NCBI GenBank assembly: GCA_040954595.2
Contig: CM082577.2
Span: forward strand, 18,078,303 to 18,142,302
Length of the DNA stretch: 64,000 nt
Direction: 5' to 3'
DNA from: Balanoglossus misakiensis
Taxonomy: Eukaryota; Animalia; Hemichordata
Position numbers and translations under genes: made by a program
Part shown: piece by piece, positions 1 through 13,300 of the stretch
Layout: each line of letters begins with the position of its first letter
Position numbering within the stretch: the first letter of the stretch is position 1
Notes under the pieces: model-generated
Told to the model about the DNA's origin: nothing
The model's input: only the letters and a program-made list of their open reading frames with translations
Databases searched by the model: none

Positions 1-1165
1 AAGTACGGGAAGAATACTATATTGGTATTTTAAATGCCGCTTTTTTATATATATTTCACAATTTTTATTTTGGGATATTTAAATTTACTTTTACAGTGTT
101 CCTATAGAGGTACATTAAATATAAAAATACGGATTCACTATACTATATGCAAATTACTAAATACTAGATTGTGGCATTGCAGTATGAATGGAGACTTAGA
201 AGTTACATATAGCCATGCTTATAAGTCAAACATTTCCTTTAAAATACTGCCAACTATTCTAAATGCTGCAAAGAGGTAGCAGTTTTCAAAGATAGAAAAT
301 TTACAAACACTAAAAGTCAGAGTTTGTATGGACATCATAAAGCTCATAAACTTCTCGTCAACGCGTTTCTTTATACTTTTTTTGTCAAGTAGAAAATGTT
401 TAATTTCATGAATAAGTAAGTGTTGCATTAAAACATGTGCGAAATACATAATTTTCTATTCTATGTCAATTGATGTTTGTTTATATAGTGCTATAAATCT
501 CCCCCCCCCCCCCAACAAAAAAGAAATATCACCAACTATGAGCAGTTTAGATTGTTTGACAACTCTGCAATTTCTGTAGGAATACCATTGTGAAGTGCCA
601 CACTATAACAAATTCAGTGTTAAATTTATGAATACGTCTTTTCCTAGTATTTACCTATTTTGGTCATTTTAACAAATTCTTCAAATGGATAATTTTCTGC
701 TCATTGCAAGATCTTGTCAAAATGGAATGGGGTTGGCAGCCAGTCAATAAGAGTTGCGCTTTGTACGAAACTAGGATAGGTGCCGAGTTGTAACATTTTG
801 CGTTGTTTAAATGATGGGCCATGTAGTGTTTTGTGCCACTGTCTGTATTCCTCTCATATAAACTGTTCTAATCGTGTTAGATCTCGCACATTCTCGTGGA
901 GTTTAGAAAATGGTCTATTGTAATTTGCATTCTTTACTTTGACAATACCGTAAACTATCAATAGGACCAAAAGTGTCACTTCCATCAGAAATATGAACTC
1001 CACTGGTATTTCACTGCGACAACTAAATTTGATTCAAAATTCATGTTCTTTTACTCTAAAAAGCAGGCAATGATGTCAACTTCACAATATCTGCTCAAAC
1101 ATCTGCTGTTACTAATGTGTGCATAATATAGACATATTTTCAATGTTGATCACTGGTATTTTCAG

Positions 1166-1313
1166 GCGAGAAAACTTTCCTGCATGATGTAACATTTAAT
1201 GCTGCTGTAACAGTTGATGGACTGGTCAACAGTCAAGATTTGTCTGAACTGACTTCTACCATTGTGTTATTGCATACAAGTGACATCATAACTGGTGATA
1301 AAACATTTTGGGG
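1166..1313 (+). CDS. exon (GEKTFLHDVTF...IITGDKTFWG)
   Basis: ttcag acceptor, gtaagt donor, repeat motif present; not in the ORF track. Confidence 0.85.
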
Positions 1314-4300
1314 GTAAGTTCTTATAACTACCAGTAGTGTGAGCAGTTTTAGATTAAACTTAAGGTAGTTGGAAAGGCTATTTTTGAAGCAAATTCTCTC
1401 AATGTTTGTGAATTTATTTTCACAAGTTAGAATAAAGATAATGACTTGAAATTTGCAGCATGTATTCTTAACAAACTAAAAAGTGAGGGAAAAATATGAC
1501 TGTAAAAATATCTGCTAAAATTATGAAATTTGATACGCCTAAATATAAATATTCATAATTTTACAAAATATTGATTGAATCTTGACATGTTTTCACAAAT
1601 TATTGAATAATTTGTATTCATTTTAATATTAAGCAACCCCTCCAGCAATGTACGGGACACTTTCAGCATAAACTTATTTTTTTCAAAGTTATCACTCAGG
1701 AAAACAGTTTTTGTTGATATTTTGTATACAACTTTAACGTGCTGCCAAAACACAACGGGAAAACTTATGAAAAAACTGTCCCGTAAAATTGTTCTTTGGG
1801 ATGTCCCGAGCCTTTCCTGAAAGTTTCATGATAAAAAAATTATCTGGCATACCAATTCAATCACAAATAAAAACCATTACATTATGGCGAAGGGCAGAAA
1901 AGTAGCGAAATACGCAAAGTTTAGCGGCAGTTCACGGCGAAGGATCACATTTATCTGGGTCAAACGCTTTTCCGCTGGCTTTTCGGGTTCCCTAGAAATG
2001 CAAAAATGTCCATAATTTGGCAGCCTTTAATAAACAAGCAAGGTTATCTATCGTTGAAAATTGCAAGAATCAGTGTTTGCAAGTTACATTTAAATGCCCT
2101 TGGCTAGGGGAACCCGTCCTTGTGCGCATAGCCTAGGAGAAGTCTTCCCCTAGAGGGCGCTCAAATAAGGCTCCCTAGCTTCCTTGCCAGATGTATGAAA
2201 TTAGGTATAATAAAACCAGCCATATCTTGTTACACGTTTATTGCCCCGAATTTTTCATGAGTTTAATTTTTCTCTAATACATTTCTAGATATAAATTCAG
2301 TGTTTTTAAATGAAATCTTAACTGACGCCCTAGCCTTTCCAACTACCTTAAGAATTATTCTAGATATACTTGTCAAGAATTTCATCAAATATCAGGCTTT
2401 TTGATCCATTGTACTATCAGATACTATTTGAAAAGCTGAGATAGGATACCTGTAGTTTGCAGTACATATTCCTTCTGTGCAGCTAAAAAATTTATAATAC
2501 TATTGTCAAAACGTTTTTCTGCCGTTGGCTAATTTGCATACAATGTCAAACTTGTGCTTTGAATTTTGTTGATTTAAAAGTTTTACAGCCTGTCAATTCT
2601 TGTCTAACATGCCAGTAGTGTTCAGTAAATTGTGAAGATGTGCTAGCATACATGACCTAGCAGATTGGGCTCTCCCCTTGCCTTGATAATTTTCCCAATT
2701 CTCATTGACAATAAAAATGGAAAATAAATTCTGTGCATAGAATAAAACTTTATTTTAGTCTTTGATTGATCCAGTTAACATAAAATATTTTAAGAACTTG
2801 CTTTACATTCCATAAATATACAAAGTAACGAACATGCTAACTCGCATGTTGAATCAGAACTGAACTTCAGTATGGCAGAAATTAAGTGCCCCCTTCTGCA
2901 TTTAGTCAAGATGACACCAGTGTACTACTATATTGCCTTGTACCTATTGCTAATTAACATGTTCTTTTTGCACCACAGTTCCAGCATAAGAATTACAGGA
3001 AACTTGATTGTTAAACTGGTAAATGGAATTGATTTGTCAGACTTGAAAGACAATTATCTGTCCAAGACTATTATGCAGACACTGACAGGAGTCAAAACAT
3101 TCACACAAAGTATCACATTAGGTAAGAAAAGGACACTTTATAATTACTGCACTGGCTGCTAGTGGGTTTTTAGGTCCCATTGGTATATACCATGGGACCT
3201 TATGGGATCGGTTGCGTATGTATGGATGGATGGATGGATGGATGGATGGATGTATGTCTGTATGTCCGTCCACATCAAAAACTTGAAAACCGCTGCGTGT
3301 ATTACCTTGATATTTGGTGTGCAGATGCAGGCTGGGCTGTAGATGGGAGTTTGTTCAAATGAAGTTGTCATTGCCAAAAATATGCAAATTAGCTGGAAAA
3401 ATGTGAATTTAGTCAAAACTCAGTAACTCAAGAACTACTGGTCAGATTGCTTTGTGAAGTGGTGTGTATTTACTTTGAGTTGTTTATATACACAGCAAAT
3501 TCCTGAATGATTACATAACTGGCTAAGTTTTAAAGAGGCCAGCTGTTCTATTTAGTGTATGTACAGTACATATACCATTGGCAGCTTATGGGTCAGTCAG
3601 TGCTTGCCCATTGATCTCTCGCTATGTGTGTGTGTGTCTGTCTGTCTGTCTGTCTGTATATGGCCAAGTACTCCGGTGTACACTTTTTCTTGTGTAATCC
3701 CTCCATGGGACCACTGTGTCCTTGACGCGATTTTTTGTTGACGCTATAGCATCTCCAAAGTTTTTGTCAACTTGGCCAGTATCAGTTTGGTTGTAGGTGC
3801 CGAGACTGAAAAGCTTATTCATTACTTTTGAAGTCTTTGCATGAAAGCCAAACTCCCAAGAAGTTGCTTAAGATAAAGCTATGAAAATACACAGGAAGAC
3901 AATTGTGTGACCATATTTCATTGACGATACTGAAATATGACTCAGGCGACCATTGCGGTTTGGCATCTGCAGTACGAGCATGAAATTATCTCTGATAAAA
4001 CATAAATACATTTGATCAAACTTGACATGTTATGTATGATATTTTTGGCACCCAAACACTGTTTATTCATGTCGTAAATTGTTTAATACATATTTTATCA
4101 TTGAAAAACATAATTCGATGATAAGAGATTTTGTAATTTTTGACATGAATAAACATTTTTTGGGTGCCAAAAATATACATAATGTTTGCATGTTTTAGCA
4201 GAGTAATTTTCATACTCGTACCGGAGACTAAAAACTGCGATGCTTGCCAAAAATGCTTTACTACTTTAACTCTCGAAACGGAAACCGAACTGAATCAGTC

Positions 4301-7300
4301 TTACTTCAGGATCGTGTTTCATTGATAATACTAGGATGTTTTACAAAGTGTTTAGTATAAACCAGGTTGAAATTTTGGAGTTGCCGCTTGGTGTGTACTG
4401 TTTTTAAACATGCACAGTACAAACACATTTGCTTTTGAAGTTTTTAGATTAGTGACATTCTTAGAAAAGTTATTTGCTGATGATAATTCTTGGTACTATG
4501 TATGTTCACATTTGAATATACTGGTCAATGTGTTGCCATAAGTACCTCCTTTTCTGCCACTTTATGCCAAATGTTTTAAACATGTCAATAATTGTACTAT
4601 TTTTCTGTAGATAATTTGGTGATTGATGCTGGTTTTACGCTTGATGGCAAGGATCTATCCACATTAGTCTTGCTTGATTCTGATTACACATTTGTTGAAG
4701 ATGTTGTGGTTACCAATTCCCTACACGTTAATGGGGACATCTCGGTCTCCAATGGAATTAATGGAATAGATATTGTCCAGGTTTGTATTGCTCTACTTAA
4801 AGTAAAAGCAGCTAGACTGCAGCTGTCGCCATTTAAGATGCAGTGTAGGTCACCTGTATCATTTTGCTCCTATGTATAACCAGGAGTTAAAGGGGAAATC
4901 CGCTGTAGCTGATTTCTACATAATTTGGTAGCTTTAATGTCTCTCTTTCAGAAAAAAACATATTCGCCATGTATAGGTCGCGCGATTTTTTACAAAATCT
5001 ATGGAAAGTTGGCAATATGGCGTTTACTGTAATTTGAATCATGGGAAAAAAAGCGCCAGGAGCAACTTCCGCCCACCATGGTGTGGGTGATACCATTCTC
5101 CGATTGGTGTCACTGGTCGACAGACTAGGCGTATTTTCATAGCTATTGTTTGTTCTTTGCATCAGTTGATAAACAATCATCAGCAAAGTCGAAAATTTGT
5201 CATCTATTGACAGTTTTCATGAGCTATAACCCATGAAAAATATGCAAATACGCTTAGCTTGTGACACAGTGACACCAATCGGAAAATGGTATCACCCACA
5301 CCAAGGTGGGCGGAAGTTGGTCCTGGCGCTTTTTTTCCCATGATTCAAATTACAGTAAACGCCATATTGGAAATTCTGCCAACTTTCCCTACATTTTGTA
5401 AAAAATCGCGCGACCTATACATGGCGAATATGTTCTTTTCTGAAAGAGAGACATCAAAGCTACCAAATTATGTAGAAATCAGCTACAGCGGATTTCCCCT
5501 TTAACTAGTTGAAAATGTACACAATTGTAATTACATTGCCTGAGTGCCTGGCTATATGACTAGTCTGCAACCTTAATCTCCAAGGTTGTGTAGCCGGCAA
5601 TAGACAATCCCACCACACCAGTAATGGCTAAGCATCCATTTGTGTGTTCTGTGACCACAGCAACGATCCCTGTTTGTTTCTGTGATTTTGCCTGCCCAAC
5701 AAAATCCCTACCTTAACCATTTCACCCCATCGCCGGTTTACCTCTTTTTAGGTCCAGCCTCACCATAGAAAACTATGGTTTTGTACTGAACCATGGTGGA
5801 GGAAGGGTTAAGCCTTTTTTTCACAAACCACGTAGCCAAATCAACCTTGACACAGTGACAGAGAATACACTTCATGTACTTAATGTGATGCATCATTTTT
5901 TCTGGTGTCTTGTGTGAGCGATACTGTCGTGTGTCCACAAATCACCTATAATTGAAGCTTTGGTGAAATCCAAACAAAATCTTTCATAGCCGTCCTTGGA
6001 TCATGCCACTAAATGAATATGTATCAATTCAAATACTTGTATATAATTCCCCTGTATTTCGAATTAGTGGGCCTGCCTCGTGGACGTGGGATTCCCCATA
6101 TAGCGGCCATATTCCTCCAAGCCACAGGCAGTGAATTGTCTGTATAGGAGTACCGCCTTGACACTGTTGCCTAGATTTTCCATTTATGCCACATGCTCAC
6201 CAGTAACTCAAATACTTTGTTACTTTTGTAGTTAAACACTTCCATACTCAGACTACACAGTGCTAAACCACAAGTTGTGTACGGTGTAAAGAGATTCAAC
6301 AAAGTGATTGTCTTCAACAATGTACAAATAGATGGTCTCTTGAACACACTTAATATCTCTGGTAAGTCTAGCCTTATTCCATTTCTTTGCTGATATACAT
6401 GTGCTGGAATCTACACTAAAAGTGAAGAAGGTGCTTTTCTCACACTCCTGGCACGCTGGGAGTGTGAGAACAAATCGATCCCACACTCTTGCTTAATCGA
6501 ATGCTGTATATGACGTGAGCGCTGATTGGTTGACAGAGCGTTCTTTTGCCAACGCGCGCTAAATGTTATCCAATGGCGCGATGTGTATCATAGGGACAGA
6601 GACTATAACATGCCCAGACGACAGTTCCAGAGTCATTTATACAATTTTTTTGACGAATTTGGCTAATTTGTGGCCGTGTGGGAAATAATCTCGCACACCA
6701 AGGACCTGGGATCATATTTCTCACACTCGTTTGGGATATTCTGTCAAATCCCCAACTCGTGTGAGAAATATGATCCCAGGTCCTCGGGAGTGTGAGATTC
6801 TATTAGTCTTGCATAGTTGCACATTAATACCGGTATGATTCAAAATGTATAGCAAGTGACCTTCGACAAAAATGAACAAGTTTGTTCTTGAAGATAACCT
6901 GCAACAAACACTGATTGCATTAAAAGATGGGTGTCTAGGCCCTTGGAATGACCTTAGTCAGATTTTTTTTTATGCACAATCTGCCAGTAATTAACAGCTT
7001 TGAAATTTAGCTAGTAGGTCCCTGGTAGGGTCCCAAAATTCTTCAAATTTTGGCAAAGTCTCTATTTGTTTATTGGTAGCAAATTTTGCTTTTTTGGGTG
7101 TCACATTTTGTGAATTTTATATTTGACCGAAATAAAATCTAGGTAACTACTTTCTCAAATAGTTTTTTAGGCCCGTTCACATGTCTCTTAGGGGGTATTA
7201 TTTCTTATCCTGGTTTGTTCAAACTGCTAGTATATAAGGATATTACGGTAGTCATTTTTGCTCCCATTTTGTATGTGTACCAGTGTTAGCTTATGGGATC

Positions 7301-10300
7301 TTATAGTGTACGTCTGTATGTATGCTTGTCCATCTACTGCAGAAACTTTAGAACACTGCTTATTTCACCAAAGTATTCGATGTATTGATGCAAAATAAAG
7401 TTCAAATAAAGTGATGGCTAATAAGTCCAAACACTGATGACACTCAAACGAAGCAATGCTGATCAAATGATAATATTGTCTTTACAATTTTTCTAAAATG
7501 TAAAACGATCGCCTTTTAAACTGATCCCAAAACTGGCTTTCATGTTCATTTATATTTTCTTTGTCAAATATCACAGAAGACCTATCAGTTGCATGGTGGC
7601 TTCTTTACACTGGCACCGTTTTGCAAATACCAAACTGTACCAGGCTTTTAATGGCACAGTATTCAATGAGCCTTATTTAAATCTGAACCGTTTGACTGAC
7701 ATTGAATTGCAATATATCACTAACGAATGATTTGTGTTGAAATTAGATCTTACAGGAGAGTTGGTTACCAACACGATGAATCCAATTGTCATCTATGCAG
7801 ACACAACCTTTACTTCAGATGTTCAAGTAGAGGTTGATATAAACTTCAATTCCACTGTCAATGGTGTTGATATTAATTATCTATACAAGGATGTTGTCAC
7901 AGTCTATGAACCACAGGTATGATCCCAACAAATTAGTGATTTAAAAAAATCACTGTTTCTATGCAATGAGTGCACATCATGAGAAGTTTTTTTTCTGTGG
8001 TTGACATCGCTTTTGTTTTTACTACAGACTATATCTGGGGTCCAAATTTTTCACAATGTCACTTTCATAACAAATGTGGAAGTTGACCAAGATATGACGG
8101 CCATATTTCACACTCAAGGAGTTGATCTTGGCGATTTTGTGGATAGCATTGTATTGAAATCAACCGATCAGATCATCACTGGAGACATAACATTCATTGG
8201 AAGTGTTGCATTCAAACAAGATTTGGATGTTGGAGGTGAGTTTCCTAAACATTTTAGACTGCCCTAAATCATCCATCTATACTCGTCAATCAACAAATGT
8301 CTATGTGATCTCGTACCCACCACTGACATTATTGGCAGTTTCATACAATAATTTATTGGTATACGTATTTTATCACATCAGCTATATCCCCTTTGAATTT
8401 TTCTTTTGCACAGAAACAACAAAAGCTGAACCATGTTCTTTGCTTCCAGTTTATTTTGAGAGTTTTAACCACGGAAAGTGTGCGAGATGACAGCTTTACA
8501 TTAAACATTAAATCCATGTATGCATACAATGTCCACTTATTTATCAATACTTGTTTAAAGGTACAAGGTCTCAAATTTTCATACACCCATATATGGCTGA
8601 AATGGTGTATTTGATTTTGAACGGTGGCGCTCTTTGTGTGTGCTACCCACTGATCTCAATTTGCCATGGTAACTGTAGCTAAATTTGCATCATCCGGGCA
8701 TTTTGCTTATTTCTTTTTCTTCGCATCTAACTATGATCTGATTTGTTGACAGGTACTATTGATAGCTGCAACATATCTCTGAATGTAGTGTTGAAAAATG
8801 CAAATCGGGTGTTAACTGGATTCAACAGCTTCAATTCTGACATCACTGTAATTGGCAATCTTCAAGTAGGTATCCTGATCGATGGTATTAACATCACTGC
8901 CATTCAAGAGGGTGCTGTCTCACTATCCCAGCCACAGACTATCACAGGTTTATTCACCTTCCTTCACAATGTAACAGTTACAGGTAATTGGGGTTTATTT
9001 GTACCTTAGTATGCTTAGAAATGTCATTTGCCAAGTTATTTGAGCTGGCGTTTTCTACACCCAAGACTGCTTAAAAGTTGGAAATCAGTTACAATTTGTG
9101 TACAACTATCAATAACCAAGCCCACAGCATTTTATTCATAATCTATGATTTCTTAGTATTACCTAAATTGAACATGTGAATTATGCTTTTACCCTGTACA
9201 TAACATACATATGGTCACATTGACAGTTGTATGCAAGATTCAAGTTTAACATGTACAATTAACATGTACTGAAACCAGAATGCAAATTCTGTCTCAAATG
9301 TTTGTCCTTTTCTTGTACTCGTAGAAAACATACAGCATTACAAATGTGTATCATCTCCAAAGTGAACACCTACATTGAATCAAAATGACCAAGTTCGCCC
9401 ATGTGCAATTTACTGCCGATAAGTGTGTTGCTAGTGAAATAAAATGGTACTTTTGATGGTGATATGCAAATGAAAAAAAAACAGTCCCTCTTGAAAAATG
9501 TTAAAATAAAAACTTGGTTGTTTAAAATTCCCTTGGTCGTCATGATCAATACTACTAAACACTTGGTGTATCATATGAAGCAGCAGTTTTCTGTAGACAA
9601 TTTCAGTATCCTGTGTTGAAAATTTATTAGTCTGGTGTCTAAGCAGGATTCCCAGCAAAGGAAGATTCTGTGACATTGGCACTACAGACATTATTGGATA
9701 CTATATTATAGCTTTATCAATACCAGTGAATTTTGTGACGTCATAGCTGTACATTATTACTGATAATGTATCGTGTCATTACGTGGACGCGCGACGCACC
9801 CAAGAGCCAGTGGACGTGTACAATTTCCGACTGAATAACGGAGGATTTCAAACAATGCGAACATTTTAAGGGCTAAAAAAGAAATGCAAACGTACACAGA
9901 ATAAATACGGCGATATTTATTAATTTCCAAACCTGAGCTCGACTGGCGATTTGTTTATTTTTTTCTTTCTACTGCAGCAGTATACATGTCGTCTTGAATC
10001 ACGCGCAGTCAATATGGCTCGCTCACGCATGTAAAGCAAACCTCTCGATGATGCTGGATTTGACATTCGTTCACCATACATACCGTGTACCATGTACCAA
10101 GCAGTCATGTCAACGAAGCTATACGTAAACAAATTATGCCGCAAGTGTCACTGTCATGTTGTCTACGCGGTACGGAGGGTCGATCGAGGGCGAGTTTGTT
10201 TATGTATTGCAACCTTCGGAGCGCCCGTATACGTGAACTTTCCTGAGAACACAAACGAATCGAAATATTCCCCAAGTCCTCATCGAAACTTTTTCAGATA

Positions 10301-13300
10301 TATTTCAGCAGAACCCTTAAATGAATTTTCACATGCGCTAATAAACCTTCATTATTTATTTCCTGATGTTTGAATATGATACTACAAATGCACAGTACAC
10401 AGATTGACCGCAATCACCTGATCTTTTGTTTACGCGTACGCCATTGCTCCGTTCTCGATCGCCGTGTCCGAGTCTGAATTTTTCGCACCTATAGATTTTA
10501 AAGATTTTTGAAGTCTGCAAATTCACTGGCATTGATAAAACTATAAAATAATAAAAATAATGTACGCCACAAAGACCCATAATGGACGAAAGCACACATT
10601 GTGCGACATAATGTGCGAGGCAAATGCTGAGCACATTATGGAGTACAATGTTGTCTTCGGGGCGTACATTATTCTCTAAATATTGTCTAATATTAGAGTG
10701 GCGGATGGGCACCAGGTGCCCGACATGCCATTTCATCAGATATCAGATATAATCTATATTATATTATATCATGCTACCATCCGCATTTCTGATTGGACAA
10801 GAGCTCAATCCAGCGATGCTAAAATACTTATATAGCACTGCTAAAACGGGCCCCTGAACTAGCATGCGGCAGCAAAAATGTGCGTGCGGTTATGCCAAAT
10901 AAATAAAATAAACACTGTTGAATTTACGGACATTTTATTTTGGAACTGCTTTGTGGGAATATTTGTCACTCTGCTTCATGTTTAATGCTCGATCCCGGGC
11001 ACTCGTGTTTACATTGATCATCGCCATGTTGGTTCACAATTGTAACTTCTTTTTCTGATGCTGTTTCGTTACAAAACTGACACCTATATGTCACAAAATA
11101 AATTGTTGGTATAATATAATAGCAATAACCCCCGCCTCAGTCGGTATACACGAGATTTTGGTACAATTTGCTCCATATAGCACTCGCCTAAGGGCTCGTG
11201 CTATATGTCTCTAATTGTACCCAAATCTCGTGTAAACCCGTCTGCGGCAGGGGTTATTGCTTAAATATACCATGTTCAACACAAGCATTTAGAACTAGGT
11301 ATGTCTTGGGTATTGTGAAAAATCTTTGCCAACAACATTGCTTTGATGAGCAGAAAATGTAAGCTTGAACATTTTCAAATTGCAATGCAAGGCCACTCAG
11401 TGATATTCACACAGCAATCTTGGTTTTCCCCGCAAATCTAAGCAATGCTATTAACAACTATTGCCTTGCACTGTTTATCCAACAAAATAAAAATGCTTGT
11501 TAACTTGACTTTAAACGCCAACTAAGCAACATGTGCCATTTTGTCTTGCTTTTAATTTTAGGGTCTGTAGATGTTTATGGAACAGTTAATGACATTGACA
11601 TAGAAATGGACTTGGTTACATTGAACATGGCCCAAAATATAACTGGTAACAAGACCTTTGTACAAAATACTGAAATTGGTGGACACTTGGAAAGTGAATA
11701 CATCAATGATTACAGTTTAGAGTGGCATGTGAACAACGTGGTCACTCATGATGGTGACCATCTCGTATCTGGACACAAGGTATGGACCTACTGAACAGTA
11801 GTTTTTTGGGTGCACCAGAAACTCGCCTGCAATCTTGAATGATCAGTTGGATCATTTGTACACAAATTTATAAAGCTCTTTGAAATCATTATCGGTGAAT
11901 TCTGTGTAATCATGTTTAATATTCTCAAGTTTTAGCAAAGGTGAGTTGGTATACGGGAGGTTATTAATAGCTTGTTGTTTAACATCCAATACTCAGGGGA
12001 AGGTTTTTTGTCAGTGAAATGTGGACACTGATCATTACTAAACACACAAATCTGTAGGAAATGTTCAACTGTTTGTGTGGCGACATAATCCACTTGTTAC
12101 AGGATGTTCACTCCCCTTTATGCCATTCACAGTCAGCAGATACATCATTTTATTCACTGAAGACTTGGTCAAAATCTGTATGCAATGATTATCTTGAGGG
12201 CAGATAGCCTGCTAAAATCACAATGCATATTGTTTCATTTTAAGTTAAATAGTTTGTTTACATCAGATAAAATACCTTCTAAATGTAAAGAATGCATTGG
12301 TTGTAGAGTTTACAGAATTCAAGCTTTATAACAAATATAACTAGAAAAAAAACTACCCTCCACATTTCTTGTTCAAGCTTTCTGTAAGAACACATGATAG
12401 GTTTGCAAGTAAATTTATTAATGACGGGTAAGAATTTCTAAAAATTCATATAGCAACCAAAAATGTTCAGGAACATTTCAACACTGATATTGAGTTGAGC
12501 ATATTTTGGCAACTTTCCAAAATGTGATGCCATCCAAAAATGGCAGTAGGTGCACACTTGTCAAGCGATGTTTGACCATTTCTCAACTTGATGTTTTTTC
12601 ACTGAATTTCGTAACATTTGCACTTGTACAATATTCGGTTGTATTCTCTTCTCCATATACCTGCAGACTTTCAATGGAAAGGTGATGTTCCAGGATGTTA
12701 TACTAAATGGTTTGATCAATGATGTTATAGACCCATCAGAAATGAAAGACTACAGTGAGGAGGTATTTTCAACTTTAACCCAAGATATCATCCGTGCCAA
12801 TCACACTTTTAGAGAGCAATGTGAACCAGTTTATAATTTGACTTTCTCCACCCCTGGTAAGTACCTAGTTTTTGAACTTTACTGAATCATATATATTGAC
12901 AGTGAAAAGTGGATTAATGGTGGCTGATTAGTGCAGCTGTTCATCACTTTGAGTTTTTTTGTTTGCTAATGTTGAGGTTTCAAGTTGTCAAATGTTCAAC
13001 AGTTGAATAATTTTTTTGTTTAATTGGAAAATCATGAAACAATGCGTTGTAGAGTAACATATTCACAAATGATCCAACTTATCATGAAATACTTCATTCT
13101 CCAGTTGTGGACTAAATAGCGGAAAAATATAGCATACAGTACAGGAAAGGAAAGTCTACCTGGTATATTGAATGACTGCAAAATTTTTGTATTGTCCTAA
13201 AAAAGGATAATAACAATTTTACACATTGGACATAATACATTTATCTAAAGTAAATGGTGTTTTACAAAGAAGTCCTGTGAACATATTTATTGCTCAAGGT

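Noticed and set aside
34-279. 81-aa ORF as a further upstream exon of the repeat gene
   Set aside because: No repeat motif and no convincing donor in a compatible phase.
4887-5504. Two near-identical ORFs on opposite strands
   Set aside because: They are the two arms of a fold-back MITE, not genes.
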